Assembly: GCA_046313635.1 (NCBI GenBank)
Contig: JBKBYA010000001.1
Span: 64,001-128,000, forward strand
Source of the DNA: Pyrinomonadaceae bacterium
GTDB lineage: Bacteria; Acidobacteriota; Blastocatellia; Pyrinomonadales; Pyrinomonadaceae
Direction of reading: 5' to 3'
DNA: 64,000 nt
A program made the translations under genes and the position numbers. Shown piece by piece: positions 12,618 to 22,364 of this stretch. The notes beneath the pieces were generated by a model, which saw only the letters and a list, made by a program, of their open reading frames with translations, was not told where the DNA came from and ran no database searches. The first letter of the stretch is position 1. Every line of letters begins with the position of its first letter.

Positions 12618-14087
12618 CTACTCGCTTGCCGCGGCTGCGGGCTCGTCGGCTTCGCTTGCGAGCTCGCCTGCCTTTTTGAGTTTATAGCGGAGCTGGTCGC
12701 GGCTGATGTCCAGAAGCTTGGCCGCGCGGGTCAGATTGCCTCCCGTGCGCTCCAGCGCCTGCCGTGCAAGCTCGATCTCGACCGCCTCGAGCGGGACGCC
12801 CTCGGGCGGCAGCACCACCGCGGCCCCGGCCCGGCCTCCGGCAGTCGAGGCCGCGGGCCCGCCCGCCATGTCCGCCGGCAGATGCGCGGCGGTCACATAC
12901 TCGCCGTCCTCGAGTATCGACGCCCGCTCGATGATATTGCGCAGCTCCCGCACGTTACCGGGCCAGCGGTACGCCGCAAAGATCGCACGCACCTCGGGCG
13001 AGAGCCCCCGAAGCTTTTTGTCGCCGCGTTTGCTGTTGGCCTTTTCGATGTAGTGCTGAGCGAGCAGCACCATGTCGTCGCCCCGCTCGCGCAGCGGCGG
13101 AATATCGACCTGTATCACCGACAGCCGGAAATACAGATCGAGGCGGAACGAGCCTTCCTCGCCGGCCTTTTTCAGATTCTGGTTTGACGCCGCGATGATC
13201 CGAACGTCGAGCGGCAGGTCTTTGAGCCCGCCGACGCGCCGGAAAGCTCCTTCCTCCAAAACGCGCAGCAGCTTTGCCTGCAGGCTGAGCTCCATCTCGC
13301 CGATCTCGTCGAGAAATATTGTGCCGCCCTGCGCCTGCTCAAACAGACCTTCCTTACGCGATTTGGCGTCGGTAAACGCACCCTTCTCGTAGCCGAAGAG
13401 CTCCGACTCGATCAGCGTCGCCGGCAGCGCCGCGCAGTTGATCGCCAGATACGGCGCCTTGGCGCGGTCAGATGCGTAGTGGATCGCTCTTGCAAAAAGG
13501 TCCTTGCCCGTACCGGTCTCGCCCTGCAGAAGTATCGCCGTCACGTCCGAGCCGGCGACGCGCCGCGCGAGGTCGATCGCCTTTTTCATCGCCGGCGAGT
13601 CGCCAATGATCTGCTCAAATCCGAATCGGCCCGAGCTCTCGCGGCGCGTCCGCTCGACCTCGCGGCGCAGCTCTCGCGTCTCGAGAGCGTTGCGGAGCGT
13701 CACGCGCAGCTCCTCAAGCCGGATAGGCTTGCCGATAAAATCGTGAGCTCCGCCGCGCAGCGCCGTGACCGCGTTCGGCACGTTGACGTTGCCGGTCACG
13801 ATTATCGCGACGGTGTCGGGTTGTACGTCCTTGATATGGTTGAGTACGTCGAGGCCCGAGCCGTCCGGGAGGTCTATGTCGAGCAAGGCGACAACAGGAC
13901 TCTCGGCCGCAAAGACGTCCTTGGCCTCGGCGACGGTCGACGCCTGCAGAGACTCATAGCCCCACGAACGGAGCGCCTCGGTGAGAGCAAAGCGGATCGA
14001 CGAATCGTCGTCCACGATCAGGACCTTTCGAGCTGCTTTTTCCAAGGTCTTTACCAGAAATGCTGCCGGCGGGAGCGGCGGATACAC
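12618..14087 (-). CDS. Sigma54-dependent response regulator (NtrC/AtoC family)
   Basis: REC domain; [29 protein letters not shown]; Fis-type HTH; exact start uncertain. Confidence 0.93.
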   Translation of the reverse strand: MYPPLPPAAFLVKTLEKAARKVLIVDDDSSIRFALTEALRSWGYESLQASTVAEAKDVFAAESPVVALLDIDLPDGSGLDVLNHIKDVQPDTVAIIVTGNVNVPNAVTALRGGAHDFIGKPIRLEELRVTLRNALETRELRREVERTRRESSGRFGFEQIIGDSPAMKKAIDLARRVAGSDVTAILLQGETGTGKDLFARAIHYASDRAKAPYLAINCAALPATLIESELFGYEKGAFTDAKSRKEGLFEQAQGGTIFLDEIGEMELSLQAKLLRVLEEGAFRRVGGLKDLPLDVRIIAASNQNLKKAGEEGSFRLDLYFRLSVIQVDIPPLRERGDDMVLLAQHYIEKANSKRGDKKLRGLSPEVRAIFAAYRWPGNVRELRNIIERASILEDGEYVTAAHLPADMAGGPAASTAGGRAGAAVVLPPEGVPLEAVEIELARQALERTGGNLTRAAKLLDISRDQLRYKLKKAGELASEADEPAAAASE

Positions 14088-14233
14088 GACGACTATAGCC
14101 GATTAAAAGGACGCGGCGCAATTTGGCTGCGACTGTCAGCGGAGCGGCCAGAGAAAGGGAGATTTACGCGTCGCTTGCGGAAATCTCCGCGGCCCGCGTG
14201 CCCCAGCCCGCCGTTTTGTCGACCGAACCGCGA

Positions 14234-14248
14234 TGGCACGGCCGTTGC
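14234..14248 (+). promoter_or_regulatory. Sigma54 promoter of the tandem USP gene
   Basis: TGGCAC-GGCCG-TTGC, full -24/-12 consensus. Confidence 0.75.
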
Positions 14249-14295
14249 CGTCCCGACAATGCCCGAGACCTTCTTCACCGATCTCGGTTTCGCTT

Positions 14296-15240
14296 ATGAA
14301 GCTCTTGATAGCCTACGACGGGTCAAAATGCGCCGAGGCGGCGATCGACGATCTGGCGCGTGCCGGATTGCCGGAGAAAGGATCTGCGACGGTCGTTTCG
14401 GTCGCCGAGGTCTGGCTGCCTCCAAAAGATTCGGTCGAGGCCGACGCCGACGGGTCAAGCGCCAATCTCGAAGAACTGGTGCGTGCATGGCGAGACAGTG
14501 CCAACAAGTCTATCGCCGAGGCCGCGATGCTGGCCCGACATGCCGAGCGGCGTGTCGCCAGGGCGCTGCCGAATTGGGAGGTCAGGTCTGAGGCTCTGCA
14601 CGGTTCGCCCGCGTGGGAGATACTCGACGCCGCGCGCAACTGCGGGGCGGACCTGATCGTCGTCGGATCGCAGGGCCACTCGGCGCTCGGGCATCTGGTG
14701 CTCGGCAGCATCTCGCAGAAAGTCCTCGCCGAGGCGCCGTGCTCGGTACGGGTAGCCCGGGGGCGGATCGATGTCGATCCGGCGCCGGAACGCATCGTTA
14801 TCGGCTTTGACGCTTCGCGCGGCGCCGCCGGGGCCGTCACCGCCGCTGCCGGCCGAAACTGGAGCAGAGGGGCGGCGGTCAGGCTGATCGCCGTGACCGA
14901 GCCCGTCGTGCCAAAGGCGATCGGACGATTTGTCGCTCCCAGTGTGAACGCTTCTGCCGTATCGTCGGCTTCGTGGCTCGAGCGTGCGGCAGAGACCGCC
15001 CTCCGAGAGCTGCGAGGCGCCGGCATCGAATCGGAACTGATGCTCCGCGCAGGAAATCCAAAACACGTGCTCGTCGACGAGGCCGAGCGCTGGGGCGCCG
15101 ATGCGATATTCCTCGGCGCGACGCGATACGGCTCGTCGCTTGAGCGGCTGATCCTCGGCGGCACGGCCGCGGCGGTCGCCGCACGGGCGCGCTGCACGGT
15201 CGAGGTCGTCCGCATCGCCGCGAGCGGTTCGGCCCGATGA
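14296..15240 (+). CDS. Tandem-domain universal stress protein
   Basis: MKLLIAYDGS, ADLIVVGSQG..LGSIS, and a second USP domain. Confidence 0.9.
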   Translation: MKLLIAYDGSKCAEAAIDDLARAGLPEKGSATVVSVAEVWLPPKDSVEADADGSSANLEELVRAWRDSANKSIAEAAMLARHAERRVARALPNWEVRSEALHGSPAWEILDAARNCGADLIVVGSQGHSALGHLVLGSISQKVLAEAPCSVRVARGRIDVDPAPERIVIGFDASRGAAGAVTAAAGRNWSRGAAVRLIAVTEPVVPKAIGRFVAPSVNASAVSSASWLERAAETALRELRGAGIESELMLRAGNPKHVLVDEAERWGADAIFLGATRYGSSLERLILGGTAAAVAARARCTVEVVRIAASGSAR

Positions 15241-15352
15241 CGCGAGCAGAGCCGGCACGACAAAAAGATCGGGCCGGCGACATTGTGTCAACCGGCCCGC
15301 AGGAGGAAGAGGAGGAAAGACTAGCTACGCAGTTCTATCGAGAAGGTCACGC

Positions 15353-15616
15353 TCACGCATTCTTCAAAACGCCGGAATGTCGGGCCGAGTCGGCCGCCGC
15401 AGGCTTCGCCGCCGGAACCTTCGCCTTCGGCTCGGCCGGCTGCGCGCGAGCGATCGAGCTCGGCAGCACGCCGATCATTCCCATAAAGATCATTCCAAAG
15501 CAGATGAATCCATAAACGACCGCCGCCATCAGGCCGAGCCCGACCGTAAACTCAACCACTATCACCGAGAGTGCGATCAGCCCCCAGAGCGACCAGTAGA
15601 TCTTGACCAGCATCAT
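15353..15616 (-). CDS. Small two-TM membrane protein, unknown function
   Basis: SD AGGAG upstream; two hydrophobic helices; sigma54-like promoter upstream. Confidence 0.65.
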   Translation of the reverse strand: MMLVKIYWSLWGLIALSVIVVEFTVGLGLMAAVVYGFICFGMIFMGMIGVLPSSIARAQPAEPKAKVPAAKPAAADSARHSGVLKNA

Positions 15617-15669
15617 TAGAAACTCCTGAAGATCGGATCCGCCGCGTCAACGGCGGCACTCATCGATCC

Positions 15670-15684
15670 GCAACGGACGTGCCT
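15670..15684 (-). promoter_or_regulatory. Sigma54 promoter of the small membrane protein gene
   Basis: Minus strand AGGCAC-GTCCG-TTGC. Confidence 0.65.
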
Positions 15685-15812
15685 CTCTCAGGACCGCGAT
15701 TTTACGGCACTCTCTGGCGAGGCCCCGTGAAATTCTCCGCGATCGGGCAGGGCGAGGCGCGGGAATTTGCGTCCGCATCGGCACCTCGATGCCGCAATAA
15801 CGCCGACTCCGG

Positions 15813-15827
15813 CGGAACGAATGTTGC
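15813..15827 (+). promoter_or_regulatory. Sigma54 promoter candidate of the USP-PNPOx operon
   Basis: CGGAAC-GAATG-TTGC. Confidence 0.55.
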
Positions 15828-15899
15828 GCCTGATCAGTCGTGTCTTGCGACAACGCGGCCTCTCGCGGCCGCCGTCTCATTGCTCCGGAGGTGAGTGTT

Positions 15900-16376
15900 A
15901 TGAAAGTATTGATCGCAACCGACGGCTCCGAATACAGCAAGGCCGCCGTCGAGGAATATTGCCGGCTTGCCGCACGGCCGGAAGAGACCGAGATCAAGAT
16001 CATCTCTGTCTTTGAAAATGTTTATGTGCTGATGGGCGAGCCCGTCGCGGTCTCGGCCGAATACTACCAGCAGCTGTCCAAGGCCGCCGAGGAGCAGGCG
16101 CTCGGCTTCGCCTCTGACGCCGCGGCGATCATACGCGATCGCCTTCGCGGCTCGGTCAAGGATATCGTGACCGAGACCGTCAACGGCCCGCCCGAGCAGC
16201 GGATCGTCGAAGCCGCGAGCGAATGGGGCGCCGACCTGATCGTCGTCGGCTCGCACGGTCGCGGATTCTGGGGACGCCTGCTCGGCTCGGTATCGGACGC
16301 GGTCATTCACCATGCGCCGTGCTCGGTCCTCGTTGTGAGAAACAAGGTCGAGCGCCGCCGGCCAAATAAAGCATGA
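15900..16376 (+). CDS. Universal stress protein
   Basis: SD GGAGGT; MKVLIATDGS..ADLIVVGSHGRG..LGSVS. Confidence 0.92.
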   Translation: MKVLIATDGSEYSKAAVEEYCRLAARPEETEIKIISVFENVYVLMGEPVAVSAEYYQQLSKAAEEQALGFASDAAAIIRDRLRGSVKDIVTETVNGPPEQRIVEAASEWGADLIVVGSHGRGFWGRLLGSVSDAVIHHAPCSVLVVRNKVERRRPNKA

Positions 16377-16873
16377 TCGAGATACAGGACCTGCAAAAGA
16401 GCGCGATACAGCAATTTCTCGAGAGGTCGGACTATGGCCACCTGGCCTGCTGCGCCGACGATGAGCCGTACGTCGTGCCGATCCACTTTGCGTATTGCGA
16501 TCCCTTTATTTACATCTACACGACCGAGGGCAAAAAGACGGAGATCATCGCCCGCAATCCGCGCGTCTGCCTGCAGGTCGAGGAGGTGTCGAGCAATCGC
16601 CAATGGACCAGCGTTATCGTCTACGGCGAGGCCGAGCGCCTCGTTGACGAACGGTTGAAGACCGAGGCGCTCAACGCCGTGCTCAGCCGTAATCCGACGC
16701 TGACGCCCGCCGTCAGCATCCGCTGGATCGATAGCTGGATCCGCGAAAATATCGAGGCTGTTTACCGCATCATCCCGGTCGAGATGACCGGCCGGGCGAC
16801 GCTCGATCGCAGCGCGGCTGACGAGGATGACGGCGACGTCGTCCCGGCCCGCTCGCGGACAGACGTCTTGTGA
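16373..16873 (+). CDS. Pyridoxamine 5'-phosphate oxidase-like (FMN-binding) protein
   Basis: GHLACC..PYVVP, GKK..NPRVCLQV and WTSVIVYG; ATGA overlap with the USP gene. Confidence 0.85.
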   Translation: MIEIQDLQKSAIQQFLERSDYGHLACCADDEPYVVPIHFAYCDPFIYIYTTEGKKTEIIARNPRVCLQVEEVSSNRQWTSVIVYGEAERLVDERLKTEALNAVLSRNPTLTPAVSIRWIDSWIRENIEAVYRIIPVEMTGRATLDRSAADEDDGDVVPARSRTDVL

Positions 16874-17184
16874 GCGGGATGACCGCTTGATCTCTCGCGC
16901 GAGGTTTCGATCGACTGATCGCCGACCTGTCGGCCTGCGTCCCTCACGGTCGTCGGCGACCACCCGCCGTATTCCCCAAAGCATCGCAGATGGTCAGCGG
17001 TCGCGGCGGATCGCCGCCCCGCGCGTGATCGCGGTCGGCGACCGGATGCCGGGCCGGCATCGATCGAGCGCTCTCGGGACGAGAAACGCTTCTTGTGTGT
17101 GGATTTCCCCAGGACCGGTGCGCATTTCCGCGTCCGAGGCCGCGGCGCCGCGGCGGTTACGCTGATTTGCCGGAGCTTCGTGCA

Positions 17185-17199
17185 AGGTACATTCCTTGC
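17185..17199 (+). promoter_or_regulatory. Sigma54 promoter candidate of the CxxC protein-fdh operon
   Basis: AGGTAC-ATTCC-TTGC. Confidence 0.55.
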
Positions 17200-17278
17200 G
17201 TTTCACTTCGTCAGCGGTGAGCGCGGCGCGTCCCGCCGTCGGATGCTCCCGCCCGTGCCGCTTCTGGAGGTAACGACC

Positions 17279-17509
17279 ATGACAAGGATCAGAGAGAATT
17301 ACGACGCCGACAAGATGCCCGCTTGGGACCCGCCGAACTATCCTGTCGACGAGAATCGATACCCGATGCCGTGCAGCGTCTGCGGAAACGAATTCTACGT
17401 CGACAAGGCGACGATCCGGCAGTATGAATGCGCGGTCGAGTACGACGCCGACAACACCTTTGTCTGTCGAGCGTGTGAGGACTATTACGAGGACCTCTCG
17501 CACCACTGA
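17279..17509 (+). CDS. Small acidic CxxC...CxxC protein (76 aa)
   Basis: SD GGAGGT; CSVC and CRAC; ends 5 nt before the FDH start. Confidence 0.7.
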   Translation: MTRIRENYDADKMPAWDPPNYPVDENRYPMPCSVCGNEFYVDKATIRQYECAVEYDADNTFVCRACEDYYEDLSHH

Positions 17510-17514
17510 ACGCG

Positions 17515-20193
17515 ATGCCGAGCATAAAGATAAACGGCGAGGTCCACCGAGTCGCGGAGGGGACCTCGATACTCGCCGCCGCGCGCACTGCGGGTATCGA
17601 GATCCCGACGCTCTGTCATGACGAGCGGCTCAGGCCCGCCGGCGCCTGCCGGCTGTGCCTCGTCGAGATCAAGGGCGACGCTCACGCGGCCGCCTCGTGC
17701 GTTCGTCTTGTCGCCGACGGAATGGAGATCGAGACCCACACGCCGGCTCTCGAGAGGGCCCGGCGAATCAATCTCCAGATGCTCGCACGCGATCACCCGC
17801 TCGACGCCGTCAAGCAATATCCCGACAAACCGTTTCATAAGCTGGCGCGGCAATACGGTCTCGCCGATGGCGACTTTGCGCCCGTCCACGATCGCGGCGG
17901 CGTCGACGCCTCGCATACTTATATCGCGGTCGATATGTCGCGATGCGTCGACTGCTATCGATGCGTCCGGATCTGCGACGAGGTGCAGGGACAATTCGTC
18001 TGGCGGCGCATGGGCCGCGGCGAGGCGACGCGGATCGTGCCGGACTCGTTCGGAGCGTTCGGGGCGAGTTCGTGCGTCAGCTGCGGCGCCTGTGCCGACA
18101 CTTGTCCCACCGGAGCGATCGAGGACAAGTCGTACCTTCGCTTTGGCGAGGCCGAGAGGTGGACGCGGAGCGTCTGCCCGTACTGCGGCACCGGCTGCGA
18201 GATCGACGTCGGCACGACCGCCGAACGGATCGTTCAGATCAGACCGGTCCTCGACTCGCCCGTGAGCCGCGGGCACCTCTGCGTCAAGGGACGCTACGCT
18301 TCGGATTTCGTTCACTCGCGCGACCGCGTGCTCGAGCCGATGGTCCGCGAGTCTCTCGACGACGAATGGCGCGTCGTCTCGTGGCAGGCCGCGACGAGCT
18401 TCATCGCTCAAGAGCTGACACGCATCGCCCGCGAGAGCGGCCCCGAATCGATCGCCGTCCTCGGCTCGGCTCGCGCGACCAACGAGGAGAATTACGTCAT
18501 ACAAAAATTTGTCCGCGTCGTGCTCCGCACCAACAACGTCGACTGCTGCGCTCGTGTGTGTCACACGCCGACCGCCGCCGCGATGAAGATGATGCTCGGC
18601 ACCGGCGCCGCGACCAACTCCTTCGCAGACATCGAGCGTGCCCGCACCATCATGATCTCGGGCGCCAACCCGACCGAGAATCATCCGGTCGCCGCCGCGC
18701 GGATGAAGCAGGCCGTGCTGCGCGGAGCCGATCTCATCGTCATCGACCCGCGGCGGACCGAGCTCGCACGTTACGCGAGCATTCATCTGCAGCTTCGTCC
18801 CGGAACGAATGTCCCGCTGCTCAACGCGATGGCTCACGCGATCATCGAGGAGGGTCTCGCCGACGAGGACTTCATCCGCGAGCGCGTGGCGGAGTACGAG
18901 GAATTCAAGAGCTTTGTCCGCGAATACTCGCCCGAGAGCGTCGCCGAAGTTTGCGGCGTCGACGCGGAGCTCATTCGCCGCGCGGCGCGTATGTACGCGT
19001 CGGCAAAGCCCGCGATGTGCTTTCACGGTCTCGGAATGACCGAGCACACGCAGGGCACAGAGGGCGTGATGCTGCTCGTCAATCTCGCGCTGCTCACCGG
19101 CAACATCGGCAAGCCCGGAACGGGCGTCAATCCGCTGCGCGGGCAAAACAACGTTCAGGGCTCGGCGCAGATGGGCTGCGACCCCGGCATCCTGACCGGC
19201 AGCATCGCGCTCGACGAGGGCCGCGCGCACTTTGAAAAGATCTGGAAGGCACCCGTCCCGACCGCAAAGGGCCTTAACCAGCTGCAGATGATCGACGCCG
19301 CGCGCGACGGCAGATTAAAAGCTCTCTGGGCGATCGGCTACGACGTCTTTGTCTCAAATGCCAATGCCGAGCAGACCGGCCGCGGCCTCGCAAATATGGA
19401 CCTCGTCATCGTGCAGGACCTCTTTATGAACGAGACCGCGCGTCGCTACGGCCGCGTCTTTTTGCCGGCGTGCTCGTCGTTTGAGAAGGACGGCACTTTT
19501 ATGAACGCCGAGCGCCGCGTCTCGCGCGTTCGCAAGGCGATCGAGCCGCTCGGCAATTCGCGCACCGACTGGGAGATCGTCTGCGACGTCGCTCGCGCGA
19601 TGGGCAAGGGCGGGTATTTCGAATTCGAAACCGTCGAGGATATCTGGAACGAAGTGCGGCTCGTCTGGCCAAACTCGTACGGCATCTCGTACGACCGCAT
19701 CCGCGAGCACGGCCTGCAGTGGAACTGCCCCTCGCTCGATCATCCCGGCGACGACGTGCTGCACACCGAGACATTCGCCGGCAGCCGGACGGCCGCGCTT
19801 CGCCGGATCAAATTCCGTCCGAGCGGCGAGCGGACCGACGACGAGTTTCCGCTGCTGCTGAATACGGGCCGCGATCTGTATCACTTCAATGCCGGCACGA
19901 TGACGATGCGCACGCCGAATGCGCAGATCCAGTCGACCGACGTCCTCGACATCTCGCCGCACGACGCGGCCGAATTGGGGATCTGCGACGGCGAGATAGT
20001 CAATCTGCGCAGCCGCTACGGCGAGGTCAAGATGCCGGTCCGCGTCACCGGCACGGTCAGGCCCGGCGAGCTCTTTGCGACGTTTCACGATCCGAAGGTC
20101 TTGCTTAACCGCATCACGAGCAGATACCGCGATCGCTACGTTCAGGCTCCGGAATTCAAGGTCACGGCCGTGCGGATAGACAAGATCGATTAG
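17515..20193 (+). CDS. fdhF: Formate dehydrogenase alpha subunit (FdhF-like, Cys ligand, N-terminal Fe-S domains)
   Basis: 2Fe-2S 'IPTLC..ACRLC'; two 4Fe-4S motifs; CPYCGTGC; active site 'CARVCH'; 'LRGQNNVQG'. Confidence 0.88.
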   Translation: MPSIKINGEVHRVAEGTSILAAARTAGIEIPTLCHDERLRPAGACRLCLVEIKGDAHAAASCVRLVADGMEIETHTPALERARRINLQMLARDHPLDAVKQYPDKPFHKLARQYGLADGDFAPVHDRGGVDASHTYIAVDMSRCVDCYRCVRICDEVQGQFVWRRMGRGEATRIVPDSFGAFGASSCVSCGACADTCPTGAIEDKSYLRFGEAERWTRSVCPYCGTGCEIDVGTTAERIVQIRPVLDSPVSRGHLCVKGRYASDFVHSRDRVLEPMVRESLDDEWRVVSWQAATSFIAQELTRIARESGPESIAVLGSARATNEENYVIQKFVRVVLRTNNVDCCARVCHTPTAAAMKMMLGTGAATNSFADIERARTIMISGANPTENHPVAAARMKQAVLRGADLIVIDPRRTELARYASIHLQLRPGTNVPLLNAMAHAIIEEGLADEDFIRERVAEYEEFKSFVREYSPESVAEVCGVDAELIRRAARMYASAKPAMCFHGLGMTEHTQGTEGVMLLVNLALLTGNIGKPGTGVNPLRGQNNVQGSAQMGCDPGILTGSIALDEGRAHFEKIWKAPVPTAKGLNQLQMIDAARDGRLKALWAIGYDVFVSNANAEQTGRGLANMDLVIVQDLFMNETARRYGRVFLPACSSFEKDGTFMNAERRVSRVRKAIEPLGNSRTDWEIVCDVARAMGKGGYFEFETVEDIWNEVRLVWPNSYGISYDRIREHGLQWNCPSLDHPGDDVLHTETFAGSRTAALRRIKFRPSGERTDDEFPLLLNTGRDLYHFNAGTMTMRTPNAQIQSTDVLDISPHDAAELGICDGEIVNLRSRYGEVKMPVRVTGTVRPGELFATFHDPKVLLNRITSRYRDRYVQAPEFKVTAVRIDKID

Positions 20194-20202
20194 AGGTGGG
20201 CT

Positions 20203-20340
20203 ATGAGCGTCTTGATGAAATTAGTTATGGTGGTCGTCGCCTTGGCGCTGCTGATGAGCCTTAACGCCGGTACGTCCGCGGCAAAACGCTCCGAAGCGAA
20301 ACGCAAGCCGCCGCTCGCACGAAGGCATCACGACGTGTGA
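20203..20340 (+). CDS. Putative small secreted/membrane peptide (45 aa)
   Basis: GAGGTGG SD; MSVLMKLVMVVVALALLMSLNAGTSAAKRSEAKRKPPLARRHHDV. Confidence 0.4.
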   Translation: MSVLMKLVMVVVALALLMSLNAGTSAAKRSEAKRKPPLARRHHDV

Positions 20341-20395
20341 AGCGCGCTGGACCAGTCATCAAACGTTAAGCGGCTGTCTCGAAAGGCGGCCTCCT

Positions 20396-20430
20396 TGTTT
20401 TTGGTTTTTGGTTTTTGGCTTTTGGTTTTT
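20396..20430. repeat. TTTTTGG heptamer tandem repeat
   Basis: ttttttggtttttggttttttggcttttggttttt. Confidence 0.8.
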
Positions 20431-20513
20431 GCGCGGTCCCGGACGCTTATCGCTCGTTATCCGGAGCGTGGCGCTTTGTCGCAAGGTCGCACCAAGTAAG
20501 GGCGAATGCTCGC

Positions 20514-20680
20514 GCGGCTTCGCCGCAGTGCTGTGCGGAAAGGCTTTGCCTTTCCGGAATGCTTCCTGATCTATCCAAGAGGCTATGCCTCCGTCCGCCG
20601 CGAGGCGCAGCCTCGAAGAAATAAGAAATACCGCGCCCGGAAGGGCGAAGCCCTTCCGCACATCACTGCGGCACAGCCGC
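20514..20680. mobile_element. REPIN/MITE-like element with two 44-bp inverted REP-like arms
   Basis: Arms 20514-20557 and 20637-20680 are reverse complements (38/44); each holds a hairpin GGAA(A/G)GGC-TT(T/C)-GCC(T/C)TTCC. Confidence 0.7.
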
Positions 20681-20774
20681 CGAACTACATCGCAGCGGCA
20701 ATGGAGGGAAATGCAAAAGAGACTGCCCTTTCAGACAGCCTCCTTAACGGCGCGGACGTTTGTCGAACCGTCGT

Positions 20775-22364
20775 CTACTGCACCGGCGCGCCTTGAGAGA
20801 TCTTTAGCCACTCGGCGCGCAGCATAAAGCTGCCGGTCGTCACGACCCGGTCGCCGACCGTCAAGCCCTCAAGCACCTGATATCGGCCTTCCGCCTCGAC
20901 GCCGAGACGCACCGGCCGCAGCTCAAAGACGTTCGGGTCCGCGGTCGGGACAAAGACGATCTGCCGGCCGTTGATATTCTGCACCGCGTCGACGGGCACG
21001 ACCGGCACGGTCCGCTCGGCGTTGCCCAGCGCGCCGAAGGCGACGCGAACGTACATTCCGATCTTCAGCTCGCGATCCGGATTGGCTATCTCGACGCGCA
21101 CGCGCGCGGTGCGCGTGGCTTCGTCGAGCTGCGGATCGATGTACGTGACCTGACCGCGAAACAGGCGGTTTGGAAAGGCGTCCGACGTCACGCTCGCGCC
21201 GGTGCCGGTTCGCAGGCGACCGAGGTCGCGCTCGTAAACCTGGGCGATCACCCAGACGGTCGAGAGGTCGGTGATGCGCATCAATTCAGAATTGGCATCG
21301 ACGACCTGACCCAGGTTGACCGAACGCGCGGTCACTGTCCCAGAGATGGGCGCCGGCACCGCGAGCTCCGACGTCACTTGCGACGGCGAGCGGAGCGCGT
21401 CGACGCGCGAGGCCGGCATTCCAAAAAAGATCAGCCGCTGCCGCGTCGCGGCGAGCTCGGACTCTGCGGTGCGGAGCTTGTTCAGCGCCTCCTCGCTCGC
21501 GGCGCGGACCTCGGGGCTGATCGGCAAGAGCTGCTGTGCCCGCTGCTCGCGGAGCCGCGCTTCTTCGAGCTCGGCCTCGGCCGTCCTGAGCCGCGTCGTA
21601 TCCTCGTCGAGCTGCTCGCGGCTCGCGGCGCCGATGCCGATCAGGCGCGTCGTGCGTTCGTACTTGTTTCGCATCTCGTTGAGCGAGGCCTCGGCGGCGC
21701 GGCGCTGCTTGATCGCCTGCTCGAGCTCGCTGCGGCCCGGCTGATTGATCGAGGCGAGACGCTGCGACCGCTCGTACGCGCGGCGTGCATTCTCGGTCTC
21801 GGTACGCAGAGCGATGTAGCGAGACTGCGTCTGTGCAAACTCGTCACTGAAGATCACGGCCACCGTCTGACCCGCCGAGACAGACTCGCCGAGCTCCGGC
21901 CCGACCCGCCTCACGATGCCGCCGACGAGGGCCAATGCCGGGGTCTGCCGGTACTGATTTGCCTCGACGGTTCCGGTCGCGGAGGTCTCGCTGCTCTCGG
22001 TCGAGAGCTGCTCGCCGACGAGGGCCGTTTGAATGCCGGCCGACCGCACCTGCTCGGGCGAGAGCGTGAGCGTCTTGTTGACAAGCTCGTCCGCCGCAGT
22101 CCCCTCGGTCAGCGACGCGCGCGGTGCAGGCACGGGACGGCCCGCGTCGCCGCCGCGCGACAGCAGCCAGAAGAGCAGCAAAAAGACGAGCACGATCGCG
22201 ACGATCAACGCAGCGATCAGGCCGGGATGTATCCGCCGTCTCACTCGCGGCGTCGGCTCCTCTGTGTGACGGACCACTTCGTCGCCCGACTCGGTCACCA
22301 CGCGCTCGTCGGTGACACGCACATCGGTCGACTCGTTATCGTTTGGCCTTGGATTCTCGTTCAT
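20775..22364 (-). CDS. Heavy-metal RND efflux periplasmic adaptor (CusB/CzcB-like)
   Basis: TM anchor; lipoyl-like 'APISGTV'; 'DLSTVWV', 'IDPQLDEATRT' and 'LKIGMY'. Confidence 0.88.
   Translation of the reverse strand: MNENPRPNDNESTDVRVTDERVVTESGDEVVRHTEEPTPRVRRRIHPGLIAALIVAIVLVFLLLFWLLSRGGDAGRPVPAPRASLTEGTAADELVNKTLTLSPEQVRSAGIQTALVGEQLSTESSETSATGTVEANQYRQTPALALVGGIVRRVGPELGESVSAGQTVAVIFSDEFAQTQSRYIALRTETENARRAYERSQRLASINQPGRSELEQAIKQRRAAEASLNEMRNKYERTTRLIGIGAASREQLDEDTTRLRTAEAELEEARLREQRAQQLLPISPEVRAASEEALNKLRTAESELAATRQRLIFFGMPASRVDALRSPSQVTSELAVPAPISGTVTARSVNLGQVVDANSELMRITDLSTVWVIAQVYERDLGRLRTGTGASVTSDAFPNRLFRGQVTYIDPQLDEATRTARVRVEIANPDRELKIGMYVRVAFGALGNAERTVPVVPVDAVQNINGRQIVFVPTADPNVFELRPVRLGVEAEGRYQVLEGLTVGDRVVTTGSFMLRAEWLKISQGAPVQ

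Noticed and set aside
17515..20193. Selenocysteine-containing FDH
   Set aside because: The active-site codon is TGT (Cys) and the ORF has no in-frame TGA.
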